Shown one piece after another: positions 15,146 through 24,020 of a stretch of DNA of 32,000 nucleotides. A program made the position numbers and the translations under genes. Source of the stretch: Puniceicoccales bacterium. GTDB taxonomy: Bacteria; Verrucomicrobiota; Verrucomicrobiia; Opitutales; LL51. The DNA lies in the NCBI GenBank assembly GCA_031283585.1, contig JAITBP010000002.1, forward strand, positions 1 through 32,000, read 5' to 3'. How positions within the stretch are numbered: position 1 is the stretch's first letter; the number at the start of each line of letters is the position of its first letter. The notes beneath the pieces were generated by a model, which searched no databases, was not told the origin of the DNA, and saw nothing but the letters and a program-made list of their open reading frames with translations.

Positions 15146-15835
15146 ATGAAAGCGCAGGGCATAAACATAAAATCGAAGTTGGTTGCTTTTATTCTGATTA
15201 CGATTTTTTTAATAAATTCACGGATTGAAGCTGTAGATAAACCGGTTAATGTCGAGGATAGGGTTCATAGTGCTGAGGACAAGGTTCATAGTGTCGAGGA
15301 CAAGGTTCATAGCGCCGAGGATAGGGTTCATTTGGAAAAAATAAAATTCGCCAAAAACAGACTTCTTGTGGCGATGAAGCGTTGGGGAGAAATAAAAATC
15401 AATATAAGGGCAGTGGCAGCCAACCCCAAGGCCGAGTGGGTAGATGATTGCAGAATAAAACTATACATCGGCTATAATGGTCTTGGGAAAAACGGTAAGA
15501 TGTTGGCATTCAAATCGTCATGCAAAATATTTACCTTACCAAACAACTCCACGCAAAGCATATATTTCTACCTTCCCGGTGACCTGAGAAAGCGCTATAA
15601 ATTAACACAAGATCCTGATTTCTATACTGTTAGAATAACGGTTGATGGGGTGAAAATGCCACTTGGGGAACTGGAATGTAGCCAATCTCTCAAAACTCCG
15701 AAACAACGAGAAGATTTTTACAAAAAAATCAAAAAAGAGGCAAGTTTGCTTGAGTCAGCGCTTTGCAATGCTAACCAACTACCTCCCTATGCCGATCTAA
15801 AGGTCGACAGCCAGCCCACTCTACGGCGGAATTAG
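15146..15835 (+). CDS. hypothetical secreted protein with a heptad tandem repeat
   Basis: The signal-peptide-like N-terminus 'KLVAFILITIFLINSRIEA' is followed by (V/A)ED(R/K)VHS x4 and a C-terminal domain of about 150 aa with no known motif. Confidence 0.55.
   Translation: MKAQGINIKSKLVAFILITIFLINSRIEAVDKPVNVEDRVHSAEDKVHSVEDKVHSAEDRVHLEKIKFAKNRLLVAMKRWGEIKINIRAVAANPKAEWVDDCRIKLYIGYNGLGKNGKMLAFKSSCKIFTLPNNSTQSIYFYLPGDLRKRYKLTQDPDFYTVRITVDGVKMPLGELECSQSLKTPKQREDFYKKIKKEASLLESALCNANQLPPYADLKVDSQPTLRRN
15251..15331 (+). repeat. 21-bp tandem repeat, 3.9 copies, in frame
   Basis: gtcgaggatagggttcatagt / gctgaggacaaggttcatagt / gtcgaggacaaggttcatagc / gccgaggatagggttcat, read directly from the sequence. 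Confidence 0.95.
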
Positions 15836-15847
15836 TTGGAAAAATAA

Positions 15848-16810
15848 TCAGACATCCGTGTATTTTAGGCCATTTTCGCATTCATCGATGGGTCTATCCA
15901 GCCAATTAACCGACAGATATCTTCCGATGTTGCAGCCAAAGGCAATTTTTTTCACCCGGAGCTTTGTCCTGTGTTTTGTTACTTCATCAACCATATCTAT
16001 TTCTGTCATCACCCATTGGCCATCGATTTTTTTAAATCTCAGCAGATCCATTTTCTTTAATAAATTATCCTGTTTATCAAAGTATTCCACCCTTATAATC
16101 GCACCGTAAGATGTACAGAATGAGATACGTACATATCCGACATTGGCCAAGCCAACAGCCTGACCAGGGCCTGGTTCAAGTTTGAACTGCTGGGTCTGCA
16201 GCCCAAGGACATTTTTCGGCCCAAGATAGGTAAACTTATCCCAAAAAATGAATGAAAACCCCATATCTGCTGGCGTAAAAATAAACCCTGGGATTATCTG
16301 GTCATAGATACTATCGGGTGGACTGGTGACTTTGTTATCAACATCACATAACAGCCCTAGCCAGGGCAAAACCAGTTTCATAGGGCTCAACGGCGGCAAC
16401 AACCTGTGGACCAACAACCCAAGCCTGGCCAGGATCACCGGAACACCGGATATTCTGCCATGATAATGCAGCACCATCGACGGAGAAGGGGAATTAACCA
16501 GGTTCAACAACAACGAATATTTTTGGCCCGGCACATCCAGCCTCATTGATCTATTGTTTCCTGTCTCTGTGCCAGATATGAAACAGGTCTCAGGTTTTTT
16601 CTTTGAATCCTTCGACCGGTGTTCCAAGTCAAAAACAAAGGAATAGCTCCCCAGCGACTGTTTTTTAAGCTTTTCCAACTCAAGCTCTGCCTGTTTTGGT
16701 GTCAAAGTCGGTATAAACGACCTACGCACCATGGATGCATTCGATGCACAAACCAAGACGATTATGGCCAGGGTAGATAGAGCACGGTTCGGGTACTTAT
16801 TCACCCTCAT
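15848..16810 (-). CDS. LolA-like outer-membrane lipoprotein-sorting family protein (putative)
   Basis: Signal-like N-terminus 'ALSTLAIIVLVCASNA'. The C-terminal 'YFDKQDNLLKKMDLLRFKKIDGQWVMTEIDMVDEVTKHRTKLRVKKI' resembles LolA-like/DUF1571-type proteins. A start at ATG 16810 overlaps the secG end by 14 nt. Confidence 0.5.
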   Translation of the reverse strand: MRVNKYPNRALSTLAIIVLVCASNASMVRRSFIPTLTPKQAELELEKLKKQSLGSYSFVFDLEHRSKDSKKKPETCFISGTETGNNRSMRLDVPGQKYSLLLNLVNSPSPSMVLHYHGRISGVPVILARLGLLVHRLLPPLSPMKLVLPWLGLLCDVDNKVTSPPDSIYDQIIPGFIFTPADMGFSFIFWDKFTYLGPKNVLGLQTQQFKLEPGPGQAVGLANVGYVRISFCTSYGAIIRVEYFDKQDNLLKKMDLLRFKKIDGQWVMTEIDMVDEVTKHRTKLRVKKIAFGCNIGRYLSVNWLDRPIDECENGLKYTDV

Positions 16811-17357
16811 TGTCGAATGAATCATCGTAAGTATCCTCGGAATCGGAAAAACCCGAATCATCGTAGTATTCGCCGAGCTCACCGAGGAAATTATCACCTT
16901 CCGCGGTAATGGGTTCTGAAACAGGTTCCGAATCACCGGCCGAATATGAATACAAGTCCTCCTTGGCATCGTTGGAATCCGTACCGGGCTCACCTGTCTC
17001 AGCACTTTTCCCGAGGCTATTCTCTTCCACCGTAGTAGCTTTCGTGTCATCAGCCACCTCGGTGACAGCCATTTTCTTTGGAATAATCTCATCGGCCTTT
17101 CCCGGTTTATGTTCCCGGGCCATGTAGATCATAGCCAACAGAAACGCCGCCAGATAAAAAAATCCTACACACCATTTTGTCCATCTCGCCAACACATTGA
17201 CCGCATCTCCACCAAATACCGCTGTCACGGAACCCTCTCCCAATGTGGCACCTAGGCCGGTTTCTTCGTTTGGCCGCTGCATCAATATGATCATCACAAT
17301 AAACATACTGACCAATACCAAAGCCAGGGTCAGGACAACTATAAAAAACATGCTCAT
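16797..17357 (-). CDS. secG: preprotein translocase subunit SecG with an acidic C-terminal extension of about 105 aa
   Basis: Two transmembrane segments flank 'LMQRPNEETGLGATLGEGSVTAVFGG', a SecG-type Gly-rich loop. The tail is rich in Asp, Glu and Ser ('YYDDSGFSDSEDTYDDSFDNEGE'). Confidence 0.75.
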   Translation of the reverse strand: MSMFFIVVLTLALVLVSMFIVMIILMQRPNEETGLGATLGEGSVTAVFGGDAVNVLARWTKWCVGFFYLAAFLLAMIYMAREHKPGKADEIIPKKMAVTEVADDTKATTVEENSLGKSAETGEPGTDSNDAKEDLYSYSAGDSEPVSEPITAEGDNFLGELGEYYDDSGFSDSEDTYDDSFDNEGE

Positions 17358-17386
17358 AATAGAATAGGCATTAACCCTAATAGAAT

Positions 17387-18343
17387 TTAGAAATTTTCAA
17401 GCAATAATCTGTTTATCTTCGGTGGTTCTAGGCCACGCGCCAGGTAAGCCGTTCTGAAATGCAATTTTGCAAACTCTCCAAGTCTATCATCACCGAACTT
17501 TTCGACCAATTTCCTGGCCTGCTCAAGGGTCTGTTTACCAGCACCTTTTTGTAATTTTTCTCCGGCGAGCTTCGACAGCTCAGCCATCTGCCTAACATAC
17601 TCAGCCCTTGCAACTATCGACGCTGCAGCCACCACCGGATCCCTCTCGGCTTTGGTCTGCATATCAAGAGTGAAGCCATCCGCATCCTTGAGGTATCGCT
17701 GAACCAAGGGAGCCTTCGAAAATTGATCCAACAGACCGCGGCTGACCGGCCGCAGCTGCAATGCGCCCAAAAGCGACCGCGAATGCATCCAGGCCAGCAA
17801 TCGATTCATGTTAGAACCGAATGAAAGGTATAACTCATTGTATTTCTTCATGCTAAGAACCATCTTCTGGCAAACGACACCTTTCTGCGCATGGATCCTC
17901 GAATCCAGATCCAAAATAATATTTTCTGAATGAATTTTTTTACTATCTTTAACACCTTTGGCCAGCAATGACTTAATCGCACCTGGGCCGGCTATGACAC
18001 AGGCCGTGACCAGTGGCCCAAAAAGATCACCTTTGCCGCTCTCGTCCAGGCCTGCATGCTCTTGGAACCAAAGTGGATCCGCCTCATCGTTAGACCCAAA
18101 ATTAAACTCCATGGTTATTTCGGGCTCCAGCACAAAGGTGATAAATTCTTCGGTTTCCTTCCCCTGGATGACGGTCTTGCCGCTATTATAATGTACAATA
18201 TTGATACCGTTGCCCTTAAATGCGAAATCAGCATAGGCTACCTGGTACCGATCCCAGGACCTGGCCAAACAATATTCCTTAAGCTTCAAAGCCTGTTGTG
18301 CTGTGAGTTCTATCGAATAAACGCAATTCTTTTTTTTATCCAT
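17387..18343 (-). CDS. rnhC: ribonuclease HIII
   Basis: An N-terminal domain of about 90 aa is followed by 'GLDESGKGDLFGPLV' (RNase HII/HIII active site) and 'DPVVAAASIVARA'. ATG 18343 is preferred over TTG 18373. Confidence 0.85.
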   Translation of the reverse strand: MDKKKNCVYSIELTAQQALKLKEYCLARSWDRYQVAYADFAFKGNGINIVHYNSGKTVIQGKETEEFITFVLEPEITMEFNFGSNDEADPLWFQEHAGLDESGKGDLFGPLVTACVIAGPGAIKSLLAKGVKDSKKIHSENIILDLDSRIHAQKGVVCQKMVLSMKKYNELYLSFGSNMNRLLAWMHSRSLLGALQLRPVSRGLLDQFSKAPLVQRYLKDADGFTLDMQTKAERDPVVAAASIVARAEYVRQMAELSKLAGEKLQKGAGKQTLEQARKLVEKFGDDRLGEFAKLHFRTAYLARGLEPPKINRLLLENF

Positions 18344-18416
18344 CGATGGCGGCGCACCAAATGCGATTAGCAATAATTTAATAAATAGATCCTAGTACAA
18401 TAATTTTTCATAAGTT

Positions 18417-18444
18417 TTGACATTTATCTACCCAATTCTAGCAT
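18417..18444 (+). promoter_or_regulatory. candidate sigma70-type promoter of the DUF374 gene
   Basis: TTGACA (18417-18422), a 16-nt spacer, then TAGCAT (18439-18444), about 33 nt upstream of the ATG. This is the same TTGACA-N16-TAGCnT architecture as upstream of rplM. Confidence 0.35.
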
Positions 18445-18476
18445 TGCTTTTGGTTGATTTAACAAAATTTTAACAT

Positions 18477-19136
18477 ATGGCGAAAATTAATACCCTATCA
18501 TGGCCAAAGAAAGTACTGGTTCGCATCGCTATGATTTTTATACGCCTATGGAGCAAAACGCTCAAAATAGAGTTATCCAACCAAGCCCAGGATGTACTCT
18601 CGACCAGTGTGGACTGGCCGAAGATCTACGCATTCTGGCACAATCGGTTATTTGTGGCGGCCGAGGTTTACAAAAGATATATGTCCAACACAAAAATATA
18701 TGGGCTGATCAGTCCAAGCAAAGACGGTGCCTGGTTGACGGAAATCTACAGGTCCGCTGGCATAAAAGCCATTCGTGGTTCAAGCAAACGCCGTGGACAC
18801 AAAGCACTCACAGAGCTTGAAAACATGCTGAATTGTGGTTGTAATTGCGCCATCACGCCGGACGGTCCCAGGGGCCCAAGATATGTGGTCAAAGCCGGCA
18901 TTGCGGTGCTGGCAAAAAAGGTAGATGTGTCCATAATTCTACTCGGTTGCAGGTTTGCATCTGCTTGGCGATTAAACTCCTGGGATAAATTTTACATCCC
19001 AAAACCATTTTCACGGGTTATAATCAACGCGATTAAAATAGATCCATCGCAATACAAAAATCTCCTGGAAGAAGAACTGATTGGATTAATACAAAGGGAA
19101 ATGTTAATATTAAATAAAAGCCGTCGAGGCAGCTAG
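18477..19136 (+). CDS. DUF374 / lysophospholipid acyltransferase-family protein
   Basis: 'FWHNRLFVAAE', 'ISPSKDGAWLTEIYRSAGIKAIRGSSKRRG' and 'AITPDGPRGPRYVVKAGIAVLA' are typical of the DUF374 family. Confidence 0.75.
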   Translation: MAKINTLSWPKKVLVRIAMIFIRLWSKTLKIELSNQAQDVLSTSVDWPKIYAFWHNRLFVAAEVYKRYMSNTKIYGLISPSKDGAWLTEIYRSAGIKAIRGSSKRRGHKALTELENMLNCGCNCAITPDGPRGPRYVVKAGIAVLAKKVDVSIILLGCRFASAWRLNSWDKFYIPKPFSRVIINAIKIDPSQYKNLLEEELIGLIQREMLILNKSRRGS

Positions 19137-19714
19137 GATTTATTCACCGGGGTAGATTTCTTCTCCCTGATTTTGGAAAAGAGGTACACTCCACACAACA
19201 CAATGACTACCAGCAACGTTATGGCCGCAAATGCCGGCATGGTATCAAACTTTCCATCCATGATGACATCTGCGATTATATAGCCAACAAAACAGCAAAT
19301 CATTGCCCAGGTGGCACCGGAAAAAACGTTATAAATCCAAAATTTTACCGGATTGATTTCCGCCGCCCCCAAAATCAATGGGCTCGCAATCCTGATTCCA
19401 TAGATAAACCTAAAAGAAAATATAAACAGACCTCCCAGCCTGTGCAGAAGGTCATACACCCTGTCAACACATTTTTTTACCTTTGGAAACCTGTTGGTGA
19501 CCGATTCGATTCCCATTCTGCGGCCAATCCAAAAAAGGCCCTGATCGGTCAAAACCGTTGACAGGAATGCCACCAAAAAGACTTTGTATATGGACATAAC
19601 TCCATAGGCTGCAAGAGCCGCGGCCGTAAGAATTATCACTTCGCCTTCTATCATAGCGCCGAGAAAAACAGCCAAATAACCCCATTCTTTTATAAAATCT
19701 GTGAAATTGATCAC
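19133..19714 (-). CDS. DedA-family (SNARE-associated) membrane protein
   Basis: 'EWGYLAVFLGAMIEGEVIILTAAALAAYG' and 'DQGLFWIGRRMG' are DedA signatures. It has 4-5 hydrophobic spans. Confidence 0.85.
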   Translation of the reverse strand: MINFTDFIKEWGYLAVFLGAMIEGEVIILTAAALAAYGVMSIYKVFLVAFLSTVLTDQGLFWIGRRMGIESVTNRFPKVKKCVDRVYDLLHRLGGLFIFSFRFIYGIRIASPLILGAAEINPVKFWIYNVFSGATWAMICCFVGYIIADVIMDGKFDTMPAFAAITLLVVIVLCGVYLFSKIREKKSTPVNKS

Positions 19715-19857
19715 CGGTCAGAGCTCCGTTCTACTTAGAATATCCTGTTGAAGGTTTGTCAATGATTTTATCCATGATCAAATAAATTTAAAATTTATTA
19801 ACAACTTGATTAAAACCTGGACTGAATACAGTTGCTCTTCATCAAATTTCCATTGAT

Positions 19858-19877
19858 TTAGGGAAAATCAACCCTAA
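19858..19877 (+). promoter_or_regulatory. small hairpin abutting the upp Shine-Dalgarno sequence
   Basis: TTAGGG (19858-19863), an 8-nt loop, then CCCTAA (19872-19877). The 3' arm overlaps the TAAGG SD (19875-19879), 8 nt upstream of the ATG at 19888. Confidence 0.3.
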
Positions 19878-19887
19878 GGTCTAATCC

Positions 19888-20508
19888 ATGGCTTTGCATA
19901 CTGTAAGTAATCCGATAATGCAAAATGCACTATCACTGTTAAGAAATGTAAATAGTTCGCTGATCCAATTCCGTCAGGCTTGCAAACAAGTCACCGCCGG
20001 CCTGGTGCTTGATGCGTCTAACCGTTTTTCTACAAAAGACGTAATTATCAAAACACCACTGGCAACCTGCAAAGCCTGCCGGATCGAAAATCAGGTGGCT
20101 TTTATCCCAATTTTAAGGGCAGGACTGGCCATGTTAGACTGTGCCATCGGCCTTATTCCCGAAGCCAAAATCGGCTACCTTGGGCTCCAGCGTGACGGGA
20201 AGCCCACGAAAACGTCACCGTACTATGAAAATCTACCCAGCCTGGACGGAGCCAATGTGATGCTGCTGGATCCCATTCTGGCCACCGGTAATTCGGCGAT
20301 TCAGGCCATCGAACGCATTTTGAAAAAAAATCCCAAAACCGTAACCCTGTGCTGTATCGTCGTGTCTTCGGAAGGCATAACCCATATATCAGAAAAATTT
20401 TGCGATGTGCATGTCTACACCGTTGCCATCGACGACAACATCAACGCCAAAAAGTATCTAGTGCCTGGCCTGGGTGACTTTGGAGATAGATTCAATGCAA
20501 CGATTTAA
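19888..20508 (+). CDS. upp: uracil phosphoribosyltransferase
   Basis: 'IPILRAGLAMLD', the PRPP motif 'VMLLDPILATGNSA', and the C-terminal 'YLVPGLGDFGDR'. Confidence 0.9.
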   Translation: MALHTVSNPIMQNALSLLRNVNSSLIQFRQACKQVTAGLVLDASNRFSTKDVIIKTPLATCKACRIENQVAFIPILRAGLAMLDCAIGLIPEAKIGYLGLQRDGKPTKTSPYYENLPSLDGANVMLLDPILATGNSAIQAIERILKKNPKTVTLCCIVVSSEGITHISEKFCDVHVYTVAIDDNINAKKYLVPGLGDFGDRFNATI

Positions 20509-20526
20509 TGCCTAAATTCTGCTCCA

Positions 20527-22416
20527 ATGGATGAGTTAGAATACAGGCTTGGGTTAAAAAAAATCCGCCTAATATTGCTCTATATAGTCCTGTTTGGCCT
20601 GGCAATTTTTCTGGCAACTGGCATGTTTTGGCGTCAGATAATTTGCTACGAACATTTTTTGCAAAAAGAACGACACCAAAATCTTAGAAGAATCCTGGTA
20701 CCCGCACCGCGAGGTAATATATATGACCGAAATGGCAACCCTCTTGCCCATAATTCGCCCAGCCACGAGTTGCTGCTCTATCTACCATTGCTTCGCAGTG
20801 AATTTAACCAGGAATATGTCAATCTTCTTCGAAGCGCAAGGGCTTCTGGCATAAATACAAACAAAAAAAATCTACAGATCGAAGCCCGTAAAAATATAAT
20901 TCAAAAATACATGGACCAGGTCAGGGCACTAACCCATAGAAACCTGTCCGTGACTCCGGCACAGATCGAACGCCATTATAACAAAGAACTGCTGCTGCCA
21001 TTTGTACTGATGGGTAATCTGACCGATCTGGAATACGTAACACTGGTAGAAAACATCGCCCCGGACTCACCATTACGGATTGGGACAGAATATGTTAGGT
21101 CCTATCCTCGGGGCACAGCAGCCTGCCATGTGATTGGCTACGTAACATCCACCAAAACACTGGGAGGCCTGGATAATAACATAACCACATTTCGCCAATA
21201 TAATAAGCTGGGCAAAGCTGGCATTGAACTGATAATGAATGACTTGCTAAGCGGAACCTCGGGTGAAGAAATCCTCTCGGTGGATCCATCTGGGTTTAAA
21301 GCCCAAACCACCGAGTTCAGAAACCCTGAGAAAGGCCAGGACTGTTATATAAGCATAGACATAGATCTACAGCAGGTTGCCGAAACCTCCCTCGGCGACA
21401 AAATTGGCAGTGTCGTGGTCCTGGACGTGCGCACCGGCGAAGTACTTGTGATGGCAAGTAAGCCGAATTATGACCTTGGAAAGATGAGTCCACGCATAAC
21501 CAATGAAATTTTTAGCAAAATATCCGCAGAAACCGGCTGGCTAAATCGATCAACCCAGGGACTATATCCGCCGGGGTCCACATTTAAGCTCCTGTCGGCC
21601 ATAGCATTCCTAAAATCTGGCACGGCAACCTGGGATCCAGCGGATACCGAACTTTGCCAGGGCAGCACGATGATTGGTACAGGAAAATTTCGCTGCGATA
21701 ACCATCGCGCCCATGGAAAAATCGGATTACACGAAGCCATCAAAAAAAGCTGTAATGTATATTTTTATAATCGCAGCCAAAAATGTGGCATAGACTTCAT
21801 AAGCAAGGAAGCCCACAGGTTTGGACTAGACTCTAAAACCGGCCTGGAGTTGCCCTACGAAACCTCAAAAATGATTGTGCCGACCAAAACCTGGAAAATC
21901 GCTAAAAATCTAGGACCCTGGTTGGGCGGTGACACGGCCAACACGTCCATCGGCCAGGGATACCTACGGCTAACACCGCTGCAAATGGCCTGCTTCACCG
22001 CCTCGGTGGCCAGAAATGAAACCAGAACCACTCCCCATATTATACATGAAGAAAACAGACCATCCCAACAGGGTTGCCACGAAGAAATAGGCCTCAGCAA
22101 CGATGACTACACAAAGCTTATCTCAGCCTTCGAAGATGCGGTCAATGGTGGAACCTGTTGGCGTGCAAGGATACAAGGACTGCGTGTCGCCGGTAAAACC
22201 GGCACAGCCCAGGTATGGGAAAACGGCAAAAAAAGGAACGTGGCCTGGTTTATAGGATTCGCACCGGTGGAAGATCCTCAAATCGCCATCGCCGTGGCTG
22301 TACAAGAAAAATCCGAATCGGACAGCTACTACGGTTCAACCCATGCGGCGCCCCTGGCTAAAGATACCATGGAATACTATTTTTCTAAATTTTTAAACAA
22401 AATTCCATGCCCTTGA
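20527..22416 (+). CDS. mrdA: penicillin-binding protein 2 (class B transpeptidase)
   Basis: N-terminal transmembrane anchor and the pedestal motif 'RGNIYDRNGNPLA'. The transpeptidase motifs are SxxK 'STFK', SxN 'SCN' and 'KTGTAQ'. Confidence 0.9.
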   Translation: MDELEYRLGLKKIRLILLYIVLFGLAIFLATGMFWRQIICYEHFLQKERHQNLRRILVPAPRGNIYDRNGNPLAHNSPSHELLLYLPLLRSEFNQEYVNLLRSARASGINTNKKNLQIEARKNIIQKYMDQVRALTHRNLSVTPAQIERHYNKELLLPFVLMGNLTDLEYVTLVENIAPDSPLRIGTEYVRSYPRGTAACHVIGYVTSTKTLGGLDNNITTFRQYNKLGKAGIELIMNDLLSGTSGEEILSVDPSGFKAQTTEFRNPEKGQDCYISIDIDLQQVAETSLGDKIGSVVVLDVRTGEVLVMASKPNYDLGKMSPRITNEIFSKISAETGWLNRSTQGLYPPGSTFKLLSAIAFLKSGTATWDPADTELCQGSTMIGTGKFRCDNHRAHGKIGLHEAIKKSCNVYFYNRSQKCGIDFISKEAHRFGLDSKTGLELPYETSKMIVPTKTWKIAKNLGPWLGGDTANTSIGQGYLRLTPLQMACFTASVARNETRTTPHIIHEENRPSQQGCHEEIGLSNDDYTKLISAFEDAVNGGTCWRARIQGLRVAGKTGTAQVWENGKKRNVAWFIGFAPVEDPQIAIAVAVQEKSESDSYYGSTHAAPLAKDTMEYYFSKFLNKIPCP

Positions 22417-22461
22417 CTAAAGATTCTTGATGTTTTGGCTCCAAAAGCTAAGGTCAGGTTT

Positions 22462-24012
22462 ATGTCCGAAGCTATTTTGAACCAAATACGTGAAGAAATC
22501 AATGCCATCAGGTTCTCCTGTCAAAAGAAAAACCTAGGTGAAATAGTGGAACTTGCCGATGGAGTTGCCCTGGTCGAAGGTCTATCCGGAGCGATGGCCA
22601 ATGAGATGATATCGTTTGGCAATAGCATATTTGGCATAGCCCTAAATCTCGAGGAGGACTACGTGGGCGTCGTTTTGCTCGGTGACAGCACAGGCCTAAA
22701 AGAAGGTGATCAGGCGGAAACCACTGGTAGGCTCCTGTCCGTACCGGTGGGCATGGCATTGCTTGGTCGGATCATCGACCCACTGGGAAACCCGTTGGAT
22801 GGCAAGGGACAGTTAGACCGCAGCACCATGTACCCTATGGAAAAGCCTGCACCGGGCATTATGGCCAGAAAATCTGTCACCCAACCGCTCCAGACCGGGA
22901 TAATTGCGATCGATGCGATGATACCGATAGGCCGGGGTCAAAGGGAACTGATAATCGGCGATCGATCCACCGGCAAAAGCGCCATAGCCATAGATACGAT
23001 CATCAATCAGGCCAGGATAAATCGCGCTGGAATCGCCAGCAAAGACAAGGATTTTCGACCTGTGTATTCGATCTATGTGGCGATTGGTCAAAAAAATTCC
23101 ACCGTGGCCAGAACCATACAGCTTCTGACCGAAACCGGTGCATTGGATTACACCGTTGTGGTGAATTCTCCGGCCGCCGACAATCCGGCCAATCAATATC
23201 TGGCACCCTACGCCGGTTGTGCTATCGGTGAATGGTTTATGGAACATGGCCAGGATGCGTTAATTGTATACGATGACCTTTCTAAACACGCCACCGCCTA
23301 TCGACAGATATCGCTGGTTCTGAAGCGTCCATCGGGGCGTGAAGCCTATCCAGGTGATGTGTTTTATCTGCATTCCAGGTTGCTTGAAAGGTCGGCAAAA
23401 TTGAATGAAGACCTGGGTAATGGTTCGCTGACCGCTCTGCCCATAATAGAAACCCAGGCCGGGGATGTTTCGGCCTACATTCCCACCAACGTCATATCCA
23501 TCACCGATGGCCAAATTTTCCTGGATACAGATCTATTCAACCGAGGCATTAGGCCAGCAATCTCGGTGGGAATCTCAGTATCAAGAGTCGGGTCAGCGGC
23601 CCAGTTGAAAGCATTTAAACAACTGGCCAACAAATTAAAGCTCCAGCTCGGCCAATACTACGAACTAGCTGCCTTTGCCCAATTCGGTTCGGATCTGGAT
23701 CAAAACACCCAGCAACAGCTAGACCGTGGGGCCCGGATCGTAGAGTTATTCAAGCAGTCGACATCAAAGCCCAAGGACATAGGTGAGCAACTCCTAATAC
23801 TCTGGGCCATAAATCACGGCATTTTCGATGACATTCCATTGCCCAGTGCATTGGAAGCCTCGGACCAGGTGATTGCCCACTGCCAGGCCACCTCCATCGA
23901 TTTGCTGAATTCGATCATCTCTAAAAAAGAAATAACCGACGAACTGAACCAACAGTTGGACACGGTGATCTCTTCCTGGAAACAATCTTTCCTAGCCAAT
24001 TCACCGGCCTAA
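22462..24012 (+). CDS. atpA: F1 ATP synthase alpha subunit, without neighbouring atp genes
   Basis: Collinear with E. coli AtpA: '[26 protein letters not shown]', the P-loop 'GDRSTGKS', 'YVAIGQK.STVA', '[43 protein letters not shown]', '[29 protein letters not shown]' and '[10 protein letters not shown]'. An AAGG SD precedes ATG 22462. Confidence 0.9.
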   Translation: MSEAILNQIREEINAIRFSCQKKNLGEIVELADGVALVEGLSGAMANEMISFGNSIFGIALNLEEDYVGVVLLGDSTGLKEGDQAETTGRLLSVPVGMALLGRIIDPLGNPLDGKGQLDRSTMYPMEKPAPGIMARKSVTQPLQTGIIAIDAMIPIGRGQRELIIGDRSTGKSAIAIDTIINQARINRAGIASKDKDFRPVYSIYVAIGQKNSTVARTIQLLTETGALDYTVVVNSPAADNPANQYLAPYAGCAIGEWFMEHGQDALIVYDDLSKHATAYRQISLVLKRPSGREAYPGDVFYLHSRLLERSAKLNEDLGNGSLTALPIIETQAGDVSAYIPTNVISITDGQIFLDTDLFNRGIRPAISVGISVSRVGSAAQLKAFKQLANKLKLQLGQYYELAAFAQFGSDLDQNTQQQLDRGARIVELFKQSTSKPKDIGEQLLILWAINHGIFDDIPLPSALEASDQVIAHCQATSIDLLNSIISKKEITDELNQQLDTVISSWKQSFLANSPA

Positions 24013-24020
24013 TTTTACTA

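Noticed and set aside
16811-17092. The N-terminal 94 codons of the 414-aa ORF (15848..17092), which would make a much longer LolA-like protein.
   Set aside because: This part is an Arg/Lys/Pro-rich alternative-frame reading of the DNA encoding the acidic SecG tail. The frame stays open there for compositional reasons. The signal-peptide-bearing start at ATG 16810 gives a sensible protein.
22508-23999. Multiple 60-144-aa antisense or alternative-frame ORFs inside atpA. Similar ones lie inside mrdA, the APC permease, dapF, surE and tgt.
   Set aside because: They are shadow ORFs fully embedded in strongly supported conserved genes. They have no recognisable motifs and skewed, Arg/Pro/Gly-rich composition.
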